Source of the DNA: Lenisia limosa
Lineage: Eukaryota > Protista > Breviatea
DNA length: 64,000 bases
Reading direction: 5' to 3'
Assembly (NCBI GenBank): GCA_001655205.1
Contig: LPNZ01005888.1
Location: 5,635-69,634 of the forward strand
Below, piece after piece: positions 38,289 through 50,700 of this stretch. Each line of letters begins with the position of its first letter. Position 1 is the stretch's first letter. Below the pieces are notes generated by a model. It searched no databases and had not been told where the DNA came from. It saw only the letters and a list, made by a program, of their open reading frames with translations. A program made the position numbers and the translations under genes.

Positions 38289-40453
38289 ATGAACGAGGAT
38301 GAGGCCCAACGGGCCCGTGATGTAGGTAGGAAGCATTTAAAGAATGGTAGATGGGACGATGCTATTCGTCTTCTTCAAAAGGCAGAGAAGCTTCATCCTT
38401 CTCTCGCTGGCATCAATGATGAAATATTAATGGCAAAGTCTTTGAAAGAAAAGGTAAAATTCCTGTATAACGCAAACCCCTCACTTCATCTAGCCTCCCC
38501 AACCATCGTCAACCCCTGTCACTCCACTGGTTTGTTTTCTATTCTGTCGGTCATATTGACAAAATTTAGAAAGCTAAAACCACCTCAACCCCTTCAACCT
38601 CACCAGCACACTCTTCACCACAAAGGACATTCACTCCTGAACAATCTCAGCTTGCACAAAAGGTACGTCACAATTATGGAATCCCAAGAGGAGTTTATTT
38701 GTTTGGCAGATTTGACTTTTTAAGATTGCTAAATGTAAGGACTACTATGATGTTCTTGGATTAACCAAGAGTGCTACAGCTGAGGAGCTTAAGAAGGCGT
38801 ATCGAAAGGTTTGAATTCCTGGGCTTCTTCATTTCAGTCCGCATTTCCTTTCTCACAACTTAGCTTGCAATCAAGCTCCATCCGGTTTGCACACAAAATA
38901 AAACCCAGATAAGGAGGCCTTGTAATTTGAGCTGAAAATTCCGTCACATAATGACATTTTAGGATCGTAATGCTGCACCAAAAGCAGGCGATGCTTTCAA
39001 ACGTAAGTTGGGCTTTCTTTCTTTTGATGATGATCATTCTTTAGGGCTTGGGGCCGCCTATCAATGTCTCTCAGATGAAAACAAAAGGAGGATTTATGAT
39101 CAGACTGGAAGCGAAGAGGAAGTTCAACAAAGAAGTTGGTGGGTGGTTTCCTTGCACTGGGTTGGATTGGATACAGCACATCAAATATCCCCTTTTTGTG
39201 TGTGTAGCACTCCACAACGATTTGATTGCTCTCCTCATGGAGAGAAAATAAATAAAAAATGATATCAATGGTGCATTGATATTTTGGGTTCTCACTGGGC
39301 CGCTTGTGTCATGCTTGCCTTTATTACGTCAAGGGAATATATTCTTCAACATAGAACACTTTAGCTACAAATAGTTTACTAAAGTATCCAATATTACAAT
39401 CTTACCACATCCCTATGCATATGTGTTCAAGGTCCATGCCCCATCCCTATGCATATGTTCAAAGTCCATTCCACCAAGTCGCTGAAATACCTTTCAAAGT
39501 TCACTTTGATATTAGAATTACATTCGTATCTGACTTTCCAGCTGCTTCTGGAGAATTTAATGAGGTCTCTGTGTAAGAAGGGTTTTAGTTCCAATTTTTG
39601 TTTCTTTGTAATGAGGGGTATTTATTACTATTTAGTGAGGACCTTTTTAATGCTTTCTTTGGAATGAACGCACAACGTTTGTGGGGAGGAGGTGACTGAC
39701 GTGTTGTTCTTGTGTGACTCTTTAGCGTCGATGTACGGTAACAGAAACTTCCGAGTCTATCACAGTGGCAACCCGCGGAGGCGACAAGTGAGGTTGAAGC
39801 TGAGCACGATCTTATTTCTTTAGAACGGGGAGCCAACTGGTGGTCAATTTTTTGGCAATCTTCTTATACCTTTTGCAATCGTACTCATCTTCCTTCTTCT
39901 TAATATCACGGTTGGAGGGAAGTAAAAGTCTCTTCATTGATGTTGGATTGGAGGGAGGGGGTGGTATCTTCATGATGTTGTTGACAGTGCAGTCTTCCAG
40001 CAGTCCGTCTCCTTCATTCTCCTTCGAACCCTCAACAATTTTAAATGAAAACCGCCAAACTCGTGACGGAAGGTTGGCCGACCCGAATTTAATATTTCTG
40101 TAGTGTAACATTCTACGTTTCCTCTGAAGTGGCAAATGAAATACAAAGGAGTAAGAAAGTAGGTCTTGCCCCTGGTGACACGGAACTCACAACCCAGATG
40201 CGGCGATATATGGACTCACTAGTCATTGAAAAATACACGGTAATGATGCACCGGGAATGTAAACAGCAAAAAGAATCATTGAAAGAGTAAGCTGTTCAAT
40301 CAAGCATTTCATATTTTTTGGAACTCTTGTTCACTGGTTAGAATTGAAAGGAAGATGAAACAAGCTACTGGCACGGTGCGAGAAGGTCTCAGGAGCAAAG
40401 CTGCAGCAATTTCTTTGGAATCCTGTGACTGGCTGAAAAATAGAAGATCGTAA
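38289..40453 (+). CDS. DNAJB12: DNAJB12/B14-type ER J-protein
   Basis: N-terminal MNEDEAQRA..A helix, J-domain DYYDVLG..LKKAYRKLAIKLHP-DRN (HPD split by an intron), EDLFNAFFG, a TM segment and a DUF1977-like C-terminus. Confidence 0.88.
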
Positions 40454-40600
40454 GATTGTGGGAGTGTTCTGATTTAGTGTTTCTTTTTTGACAATTGGAT
40501 TGTTCAAAGCAATGATTGTGAATTACAATACCATGATCTGAACGATTAACTATTTCCATTAGAATGTACCATTTTGGGAAAACAATTACATAACACAAGA

Positions 40601-43600
40601 TTATAGGCCCGTTTTTGAAATGGCAACTTCCTTTGATGATGGCAGACAGACCATTATTCTTGTGGGATCTCCTTGGAAGGACAGGCGGTTTCCTCTGACA
40701 ATGAAAGATCGTGACTACTGCCCACCTTTCGCGGCCTGGTTCCGAAGTGATGGGGTTCATGGTCGGTAGAGAGGTTGCCTGAACAATTGGTTGTGACCAA
40801 GACGACACACCATCATCCTTCACGTCTGCATTAGACTTTGAACTAGCACATGAGTTGCAGCAAAAGGAACTTACGACTGAAGGCGGTTCTCAAAGAAGTC
40901 CATTTCATCGAACACCATTTGGTCCGTTAGTTTACGACATTGACTGCAAGGTCAAGCTGCCAAGATGTTTACCTGAGGTTCAGCCATTGGAGATGGGAAG
41001 CGAATTTCAAATATGTTAAGGAAACCTTCGTGAGCCGAGTTCCCCCACGACAATTCAAATAGATGAGACCTGAAGGTTATCAGTAAGTACCAAGCCCACT
41101 TTTGCTTGAAGTTGTGATTGCCTTAATGGCCGAATCAGACAGGGCAGCGACACTGTACGTAAAATCCAGATATGAGAGCTTCGGGCAGCTTTGGCTGGAG
41201 TGTTAAGCACCTAAGTCCTCACCTGAGTTTGATGACTGACTTTTCTGTGATTTTGCTACAAAACTGGAGAGATACGTGTTCCAAGTTTGGAGCAGCTGAA
41301 CGTCAGAACATTCCTGCCCTACCCATACACAGCTGATGGACAACTTCATCAGTAACAGCGGTGCAATCGCCAGCTTCAAACCACGTTAGCAGAGGCATGT
41401 TACCATGGGAAAGATGGGCAAATCCTAACAGTGAGAATACTTACTCCAACCTTTGGGTGAAACGTGGATGTTCCGATTGAGACTCAGACTTATTAGCGAG
41501 AGCTTCTTGAAGACAGCGTTCAGACCTTCATCACTGCGAGCGTTACAAGGTATGACAGCATACTCATTGAGCTTGACGAAAGACAATGACAAGTGGTTTA
41601 TCCGACGACAGTGGTCGGCCACCGTTTTGATGCCTGTCCCGTCGATTCTTTTACAGTTGGTCAGATCCAAGGACTTCAGATGTTTCATGGATGTCAAATA
41701 CTCCACGCCACTAGAGGTGACTTCCCAGCATGAAGCCAGGTTGAGTTGTGAGATGTTTGGACAGTGGTCTCCAAGATCTTTGAGAGCCCAGTCCGTCACG
41801 GCCCAGCAGTTCTAATCTTTAGATCAGGGATCTTTTTACCTGAAGGGACAAAACTCGAAGCGAGTCACCTGCAAATTCTGATATCAACTTGATGGCCTTG
41901 TCAGTGATTTTGGCTGCGTTCTCGCCCAGGTCGAACTAAATAGATGAGAGGAGAACCATCCCACATTAGTAACAATGGACTCGCCGCCAAGGTCATCAGT
42001 CACAAAGCCATATGAAAGACAGTTGAGGGGAATACTCTCGAGCTCTTTCTTGAAGAGTGAGATTGGAGAAGAGACCAACATGTTCCTTGTGGAACAGAAT
42101 CCATTCACTTAGTTCGGGGTGCTGAGGTCTATAGAGTAAAATGAGTCGTTACCTCTTTCCACTTACGCTTCAATGTTTATACTGTAGTACTCAGTGGGCT
42201 CGTCAAATTCTAGATGGTGAGACACAATGGGACAACTAACCACTCTCAGAGCAGAAACTGTCACCTTCAGAGTCTGACGCCTCTTCAACTTCGATCCTAC
42301 ACCATTAAGTACCAGATCCTTACGTTTTGGGCCCTTCAGCTCTACGCTGCTTGACTTTTTGATATCTGTCCAAAGCAGTTTGCGTGACTAGGAAATGGAA
42401 CCCGCTCTCAGGCTCACTTTCAAGGGTTCGCTGTTGCATTACAATTCAAAATAACCTACTCGGAAGTCGTTTTGACTGAATTGGTATACTGTTACGGCGC
42501 TGACAGCTACAACAGTTGCAGTTCTGCAATGTGATCTCATAATTTACCTACCGTGGAATGTCAAGGGTTAAAGAAACTTCACCAAAGTAGCCTCCAGCCT
42601 CAATGTATTCAACAAGCTTAACAATAAGATGATGATGGTGACAAACAATAAGATGATGATGGTGACAAACATTATTACTGTCGTCTAGAACCTTGACAAC
42701 TCCAGACATAATCACGTAAAGAGCTCTATCTGCTTCGCCTAAGATGTCACCATCAACACTCTTCTGACCCACCCGCATCAACAATATGGGTGTCAGCTGC
42801 TAGGGTTAGCGGTTTCATATTTGACGCCATTTTTCTGAGCAAGTCTTCAGTGCACACTTTAAAAAGCTCAATCTATGTTGGGTTAGAGCGAAACGAAATA
42901 CCTCCCCAAGCTTTTCGCAAATAGTTTCAACAACAAGGTCCAGGTTTTCAGAGTCTTTCGATCGCGCTCTGAACAACTCATATCTCTCAGATCCACAATC
43001 TCTAATCTGTTTGGTGACGCCAGCAATTTGGCAAACCTTCGCTTCAACAATAGGATTGAACTGGAGTACTTCATCCAAATCAGATTTCTTCAAAATCAGA
43101 GTTTCACAAGGACAGTCAGTTCTGATATGTGCTGCAATGTCATATTGATGAAAACGATTACCAGTTCTTGGAAGGTCAAAAAGCACCCCAACTTCTCCAA
43201 AGAAAGCACCTTCATTCATTTCAGCAAAAACCGTTTCACCATCTGGTGATGTGACAGAAACCTGGTGTCAAATAAGAAAAGGAATCTTACGTGGCCAGAT
43301 GTGAGAAAGAATAGCGAGTCGGACGGGTCACCTTGGAAATAATAAACTGAAAAAGAGAAACAAACCTTTTTTGACAATAATTTCATCAGATGCATAGTAT
43401 TTAGGTTCCAATCTGAGAGCAAGAGAGTGAAGCATTGAAGAATCCATGCTTCGGAATAAAGAAATCTGTACCATTAGTACCATATGTTAAAATCGAAAAT
43501 ACCCCTCACTTTTGAAATGAGTCCACTGATTTTGGAGAATTGTTCAGAGACCTTAAAGTATTAACTCATTGCGCATAGACGAACTTGAGTTGGTAATTGA

Positions 43601-44493
43601 GGCTTCGACCGCTTCTTGAATAAATTGAACCGTTCCTCTGCTTCTCTACGGATTGCATTTCCGACTGGTTTTGTCAGTAAATGGGAAGTTGAATAGTAAA
43701 TATTTCCAAACCAGAAATAGTGATTATGTATTGTATGTCATTGCATATTATACAACTAGTCTATGATCTTACCAGTTGGATGACTGGCTAAGACTGTATG
43801 TAAATTGGAACGGGTAATAACACCACATAAAGTACGATGACCTGCTATTACTGTTGCAGTTCGAGGAATACTAAACCGTCAAAAAAATGGCAATGATTGC
43901 AGTACCTGAAGAGGACACCAACTTCCCCAAAAAACTGTCCTGAGCCCATCGTATCATAAACGGATTCTCCATCAGCGCTGACCACCCTAACTTGTCCTCG
44001 GAGAACCAAAAACTAGAGCATTACAATCCCGCATGAGAAGTAGTTACCATTGCCTTTCCAGTTTCTCCAGTTCTAACAATAGCTTCATCTCTTGCGAATA
44101 GCCGCAGGGATACAATGCTTGCCAGCTGCTTGAAAAAACTCTCTAGTTATGAGCATCCAGCGATGTTAAGGCCAACCTGGTGATTCTTTAAACAATGGGT
44201 GGTTTTGCAAGAAACTCATGAGCTCAGCTGGGGTTTCCTCCTAAGCAATGTCAGGCAACACATAAAGCCAACAGTTGGAGTTGGTGCAGCAACCTTTTGG
44301 CCAGCCTCGTTGAACATGCTGTTGACACGGTCGGTGATAGGCTGATGGGGTCAAATCACAACGTTTTTTTACTTATTGGTAATTAGAGAAAATTATAGAT
44401 TATAATAAATCAACTATAGAACAGGAAATTGGGCACTAGCTATATTCTTCAAGGATAATATTCCCAACCAACAGACTGGATGTCCATGTTCAT
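40601..44493 (-). CDS. Protein with three cyclic-nucleotide-binding domains and C-terminal FBXL-type LRRs
   Basis: Three phosphate-binding-cassette-like motifs (GQFFGEVGVLFSIPRTA; GAFFGEVGVLFDLPRTA; GGYFGEVSLTLDIPR), then Cys-containing LRRs (LNLASCWEVTSSGVEYL, LDLTNCKRID). Confidence 0.85.
42620..42671. repeat. Exact 2 x 24-nt tandem duplication spanning a 5' splice site
   Basis: AACAATAAGATGATGATGGTGACA x2. On the minus strand each copy carries a GTTTGT donor. Confidence 0.95.
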
Positions 44494-45270
44494 TGGGTGA
44501 AGAAGGGTATAATGTGGTGGGAGGTTAGTTCACTAAAAAGAGATTAAAAGTCACTAAATTATCAAATAACTTTCACTATATTTTCAACTTTAACGCTATA
44601 CAACAATATACAAGGTTTAGCTGTTGAAAAGTTAATGGGAAGATAACCTACCATATCAGGCATGTTATCCGTATTGGGAAGCCTTTCAGTCAAATTGTAA
44701 TCAGCTCCCAAAAACCCCCTTCTTTGTTCTTGCCTCCTGTCCACCTACCCTCCATCCGCTGTCTTCCCGTGTTCCACCCTCCTCTTGAGAACGTCAACGC
44801 AGTCCGGACGTTTGCTGACATTGTTTTCTTTGACGGACTTTTGTTTTCTTCTGTTTTTTTTTTTCTATGATTTTCACAAGAAATGGAATTAATTAGGCTG
44901 AACCATCGAACCATCATGAGAACACCATGTAAAGTTGGTGTTAGCAATTTTTTTCTTTGATTATTAATAAATGTCACCAAGGAGGCGTAGATATTCAGTA
45001 TAAATAAGGCTCCTAGTGTCACCTTATTGCAAATTCAAGCCACATTTCTGAGATTTTTTTGAAAAAGTCCGGAGTGTATGTCACTTTTCGCATGAAATCA
45101 CCCAAAAACTAAAAAAAAACAAAACACAAACAAACCTTCCTGTTTTAGGTTGAAAGAATAGTAGGGTAATGTAACTTATGTAACTCATGTAATCTGATGA
45201 GTGGGAAAAAGATTTGGGAAAACAGAAAATCTGGGACAGATCTGGGAAAATCAAAAATCCATTTCTCAAT

Positions 45271-45894
45271 ATGGATAAGAAGAAGAATCTTAAGGAGTAC
45301 ATAGATGTGAAGGAGTTTCGTGAGAAGCTGCTGCGTTCCTCAACAAGTTTGCTTTTGTTTTACCACTAAACTGGTCTCTCTGTTGCCTACTCATCTTGAT
45401 TAGATGTTGCATTTCGTATATCAAACCGTCAAAAGCCCCAATTTGAAGAGAACGCCCTTGCAAAGGCAACGTCTTTTTTGGGGATGGCTGTCCAGAAGTC
45501 CAGCAACTGGGTAAATAAGGTATTCAGGGGTGTGGTTCTGTTGAAAGGCTTTTATCAAAATGATAAAATAAAGAGTCTAATGACTTAAACACGGACAATC
45601 ACATTTAATTTCCTCAAGTCCTTTTACTAATAGGTGCGTGTGTGGCCATACTTCCAGCACCCCAGCATCCCCAAGGCTCTTCATCTTCTTGGTGTACAAA
45701 AGGAAACAGCAGAACAAATCCCCAAGGTTGGCACAAATTCTGAAGATAAAATAATTTTTTATTGCAGTGTTACGTTGACACTGTAGAATCTCCTTGCCAG
45801 AGACTTTGACAGTGAGATGCTAGTTAGACGTACTTTTGCTGCTTATATCGATCTCCAGGTTGGAAGGTCTCAGCTACATCACATGGGAAAATGA
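45271..45894 (+). CDS. Hypothetical small multi-exon protein
   Basis: ATG at 45271 (MDKKKNLKEYIDVKEFREKLL) with GT-AG-bounded coding-like exons. Internal frame joins and the stop are not resolved. Confidence 0.4.
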
Positions 45895-45983
45895 AAATTG
45901 GTTCCAAGAATTTTCGAGCTACATTTTTATTTTTTGATCGCCATTATCCTTTGATATGCGGTCTTTGATGTTGTTATATTGTA

Positions 45984-46065
45984 TACAGTGACCGGGATAA
46001 GTCTTGACCTATTTTCGTTGAAAAATCAGAGAGCAAATCGGTCAAGACTTATCCTGATCACTATA
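45984..46065. mobile_element. Tc1/mariner-type MITE (78 bp) with TA target-site duplication
   Basis: TA|CAGTGACCGGGATAAGTCTTGACC ... GGTCAAGACTTATCCTGATCACTA|TA: 24-bp terminal inverted repeats matching at 21/24 (all three differences are transitions). The TIR starts with CAGTG. Confidence 0.65.
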
Positions 46066-46074
46066 TCGTCTATT

Positions 46075-46265
46075 TTTCCAAGTTTCTAGAAAAAACACAA
46101 AACCAAAAATCCACATTCAGCTTCGCAGAGGTGAAGAGGCCTTTATAGCCCTCCTCACATAGGGTGTGGGAAGGAAGTGGAACACCCTATGTATGTATAG
46201 TGGTTAAGAAAAGGCCGACTCGCCAAAGCAGGAAGAAGACCACCGGCTGTGAACGCTTGGTATTC
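46075..46265. ncRNA. Candidate orphan structured RNA
   Basis: Nested stems: ACATAGGGTGT/ACACCCTATGT (46157-67/46182-92), TAGCC/GGTTA, GGCCTTT/AAAGGCC, GGTGA/TCGCC, plus an outer closing stem. On the minus strand it is followed by GGATTTTTGG and T-runs. Confidence 0.35.
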
Positions 46266-46838
46266 GATTGTCTATTATAAACTTAAACTAATAGGCTGAA
46301 CAAGTCTAATATAAGAAGAACTTTGTCATTTACGATATTTGCTCTCATCCAGTCAGACATGTTACTCTTTTTATGGCTTTTGTTTCTATCCTCCTTACTC
46401 TTCTTTCGAACAATCAAAGTCTTCATGAAAGAAAACAGGCTGATATGCAATACCTCCCTTGAAGACATCAACAACGTGTCAATGCGAGTAGTTTTTTTCT
46501 GGGCTTTGATCTAACATTCAAGATAATTTATACCCAATCCTCACGGATGTCGTTTTAGGTTCTTTCAATCATTCTGTTGCGCATCATCAATTCCTGGTGA
46601 ACCAATTATCGACTTTCAATGATCCAAATTTAGATGTTTGGTGTCCTCCATCATCTACCACTCCCCCACCTCTACGCGTTGTATGTATCTTTGTAGTCTC
46701 TTTGTTTTATATCCACTTTTTTCTTCTTTAAATACATATATTCTCAAGTTAAGTGCTGTGCGTGATTTTTTGGAGGGTTTTCCCTGGTTTGGAGGGTTTT
46801 TCTGATCCCCACAGATTTTTTTATTTTTCCAGGCTAAA

Positions 46839-47595
46839 ATGGACCCAATAGCTGGAGCAAATCCACACACTCATCACTTCAACAGATTTTTTATTATTAT
46901 TTAGGTGGCGGTTCTTGCTGCAGCTGCCGTACCCATTGTAACGTCTGCATCTAAAAATCATATCACCTTGTTTTATTTGTGTTTACATCCCGTCTCTATT
47001 TTCTCATGTATATCCGAGCTAATAATATAGTTTGGGTATTGCCAAGAAACTTGTTGTTCCCGTTGCAACCCTTGCCATTATGGCCGCGCGAGATGCTCTT
47101 CCAACAACCTTCGGTGACTTTGCCAATATGGGTGAGCTTTGTCACACCGGTGCGTATTCATTTGCTGACCTCCCAGACACTAATCGAGTTACTGGACGAG
47201 GATCTTTAGGAAAGCGAATTATGGGCCTCAAAGTGGAGGTGAGCCTTTGTCGATCTTTTTATGTCTATCCTCACCAAGTAGTATGCGCCACCAGTTCCCC
47301 AATACAGCTGGCTTGTGCGATTGTTCTATGGTTCTCCGCAGCAAGAAATCTACCCGGTGACACTGGAACAATCTGTGTCTCGAAACCTCTTTTATGCTGG
47401 GACTTTGAGTGGGTGTGGTGGCCTTTAATCTTTGTGGTGCAACCATCTCATTCTTCAGGTCTACTGAGGGCACCCTTCCCGATTTGCACAATTGGAGTTC
47501 TTGGCTCGGTCTTTGCTGGAGGCAAAATGATGACATCTCCGGTTGGCAAATCTATCTTTGACAAGGCCACCCATACTCGTGTCGTCAGTTTGTAG
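46839..47595 (+). CDS. RDD-family membrane protein
   Basis: ARDALP..GRGSLGKRIMGLKV..RN..FDKATHTRVV-stop matches the RDD pattern. The 5' exon structure is unresolved. Confidence 0.65.
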
Positions 47596-47745
47596 TGGTA
47601 GTGTACAATAGAGTATTTAATCGCATCTTGAGGTTCCCGTTTGTTCAAAGAAAAGATAGACATAAAACTAGCATAGACCATTGATACACATTATTACAGC
47701 CATTCATCATCATCCCTCTCAACCTAAAATAGTGAACAAAAAAAT

Positions 47746-50700
47746 CTATCCCAGCCTCTTTTGGTAAAATCTCACCTCTTCAATTTTCGGGACTTCCTTT
47801 CCAGGAGAGAAGTCGAACACCCTTCGGCTCTTCTTAATAAGCTCAAGGGGAGTTTCCTGCAAAATCAGTTTGAACTTGCAAACAAAAACAATTCCTTCAA
47901 CAAACCGAAATGTTTGAAGAGAATGCTGATGGCCCATTTGGGGTACGGGGAGAGTCTTCAACCTGCTTTGTGAGATACTATTCATAAAGCCTGAAAGTAG
48001 AAAAATAGCTGATGTCGCTTATACCTGAATTTGACGAACTCTTTTAGCTCTTGCGGGCGTCTTAAATTCCTAGAGTGTCAATCTAACCAAAATACTTGGA
48101 CACATGACCTGGACCACCCACTTTTCCTCCATGTCTCTTTTCGATTTTCGGCTTTTCCTCATTTGCAACGTCTGCAGCACATGTCTGATGGAAAGTTGCC
48201 GTTGTGAGCATGATTGCTGATCGAACTTCGTCGTATTTAGTTGCGTCACGAATGCTGAAAGTCTAAAAGTCGTCAAAATCAAAGAAACCCAGTGTTGTAC
48301 CTTGGCGATGTTGAGAATAGCAGCCTCCGCAGTAGCCACCTCCTCCTTCAGTTTGGCTTGCAAGTGACGGGCCGCCATAGAAAATTCCACGCCTATTCAA
48401 TCACTACTACTTTTTCAGTCGCCTACATTCAGCAACCTTTGTCAGATCTTCGTTAATGTGGGCAACCATTTGGCCAATTTCTCGGGAGTTGTAAGCTGAA
48501 CGGTAAAAGTTGGGTCAAAGCAAAGCAGATTCGTCCCTACGCTCTGGTTCCTGAGGCAAGACACAAGGTTTGATTTGATCCTTCACCATCGATGCAAGGC
48601 TTCTGTTTGTTCGTCCCATAATACAGAAAGCCTGGAATGTGTGACCTTCAATGATGGCATTTCTACCTGTGGAAGGGCATCAAGGTACAGCTTCTTTGGT
48701 CGATTATCACCATTGGCAAAAGCAACAATACGAGAAGCAACCTGGAGTGTCATGAACCCATAAAACCCACCTCCTGAACCCGAGCCAGGCTCGACGCTTT
48801 CACAGTGGTCGCGAATTTGATGGGAACTTGAAGTGACTAAAGTGTCACGTGTTTCATAGTTTCAATTTGATAAGACTGCACTACTACTAACTCACCTCAA
48901 CTACAGATTCCACATTCGTTACTGTTTCGATGAGGGTCTTCTTGGCGACAACCTTTTCAAGAAGGCCAGGGTCCTTTTTGAACTACAAAGTTAAAAATCA
49001 GACAACAAACAGCGTTGATGAAATCTCTCATTTTGTCGTTATCGGGTTCCAAAGCAAGCTAAAAAAAATGAGACAACAAAAATACACAGAGCTATGTCTT
49101 ACAATTCCAGGTGTGATCTTTGGTAAACGTGTGATAAAGGAGTCCGGCAGCTAAAGGTTAAGCATAAAAAACAAGAGGGCTTACATTAAGGGGTTTGGAC
49201 CAATCATCAACTTCGATTCCCTCTGATTTCTCGAGAAGCAGTAAATTCTCTGAACCGGTTACAGGTTCATTAATATATGAAGAAATCTCTCAAAATATGG
49301 AACAATTAACAAAGAAAGTCTCTGCTACGCTTTGAATTGGGAATTTTAAGGACAATGATATCCCCATATGCGTCCGTTCAAAATTCTAGTTTTTTCTTCT
49401 TCCTTCTAGCTTGGCATTGTTCTTTTTTTTGTTTTGTTATCTATATCATATGGATGGAAGTAGAAAGTAATCACCCCAGGGTAAAAGGGAGACCAAAGCC
49501 CAAGTAATTTTACTTATATTTCTTGAAATAAAAATATCTGTTTCTCTCAAAATAAGTGAACCTCATCAAAGTATAGAAAAAGAAAAAAACCCCAAAAATA
49601 CCGAAGAAAGTCAACAATAATAACATCTTTTTTGGAATAATAAACTAATACAGTTTCCAAAAACAAGCTTGGGATTATGTGAAGCCCCCCCCCCCCACGC
49701 AGTTGCAAGTGTTCCATGAACCCAGTCACGGGTTTAGCTGACGACGCAGACGATGCTGAGGTCTTTGGTGTTTTTTTGGCCTTGTCTCCCTTGAGAAGAG
49801 CCCAGTCTTCAAGCTAAAACGAGTGAATCTGATACTGGTCTACAGTTCAGGCCTCTGAACCAGCTAAACAAAAGAAAAAAAAAATTAATTTTTATATTTT
49901 AACATCTTTCCTATAGTTCTCCATCCTACTGGCATAATGAATTCAAATGCTGACTCAGAGTAACGTTCCTATAGAACAGTCAGTTGAGTTAAAGCCACAA
50001 ACCTGTGACGCTGCAACATGGATCTTCTTGAACTTGGACAACGACGGCATGCCAGGAGCTGGAGGGGCGCCAGGGGGACCCGCGGGCATTGGACCCATGG
50101 GGGGAGGAGGTGGGGGAGGAGGTGCAAGTGACTGATCCATGAGATACGAACCCACATGTCACTTTACAATAACACAGCAAACCGGAGGAGTGGAGGGAAC
50201 ATTCTGAGGGATTTGAGGTGGCTGTTGTTGGGATGGAGAATTGTCTGAGAGCAAATCTTCCGTTAATGCTTGTTTGAATATGTTGACGATAGGTGAAGGG
50301 TCAAATAGTGCTGCAGCAGAAATACGGGATAACGATCTTATCGTTTCTCTATTTTGTTAGAAATGACTAAAAAGGTGGGGCACTCACCTTGCAGGACTAA
50401 GGGGGATTCTCCATTTCTCAGTCATCATTGTAAGAATCTTTCCACATTCTTTTTCCTCTTTCTAAAAAAAATATAAATACAATCTACCATTTACACCGAG
50501 CCTACACTAAAAGCGATACAAACGAGTCTCGCTGAGAACCCTCGGGTATGTTGAATGGCAAAACCACAAGACAACGTAGCTCCAATGATGTAGGCCACAT
50601 GAACCTGAGTATTTCAAAATGATGAAGGATCTCCTCATCTCTTACAATCATATCAAAACTCATTGATACCAGGTGGTTGGAAACAAAGTTTTGAAACAAT

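Noticed and set aside
46125-46225. SECIS element interpretation of the long hairpin
   Set aside because: There is no UGAN/NGAN core followed by an 11-13-bp helix and apical AA, and no upstream in-frame TGA ORF.
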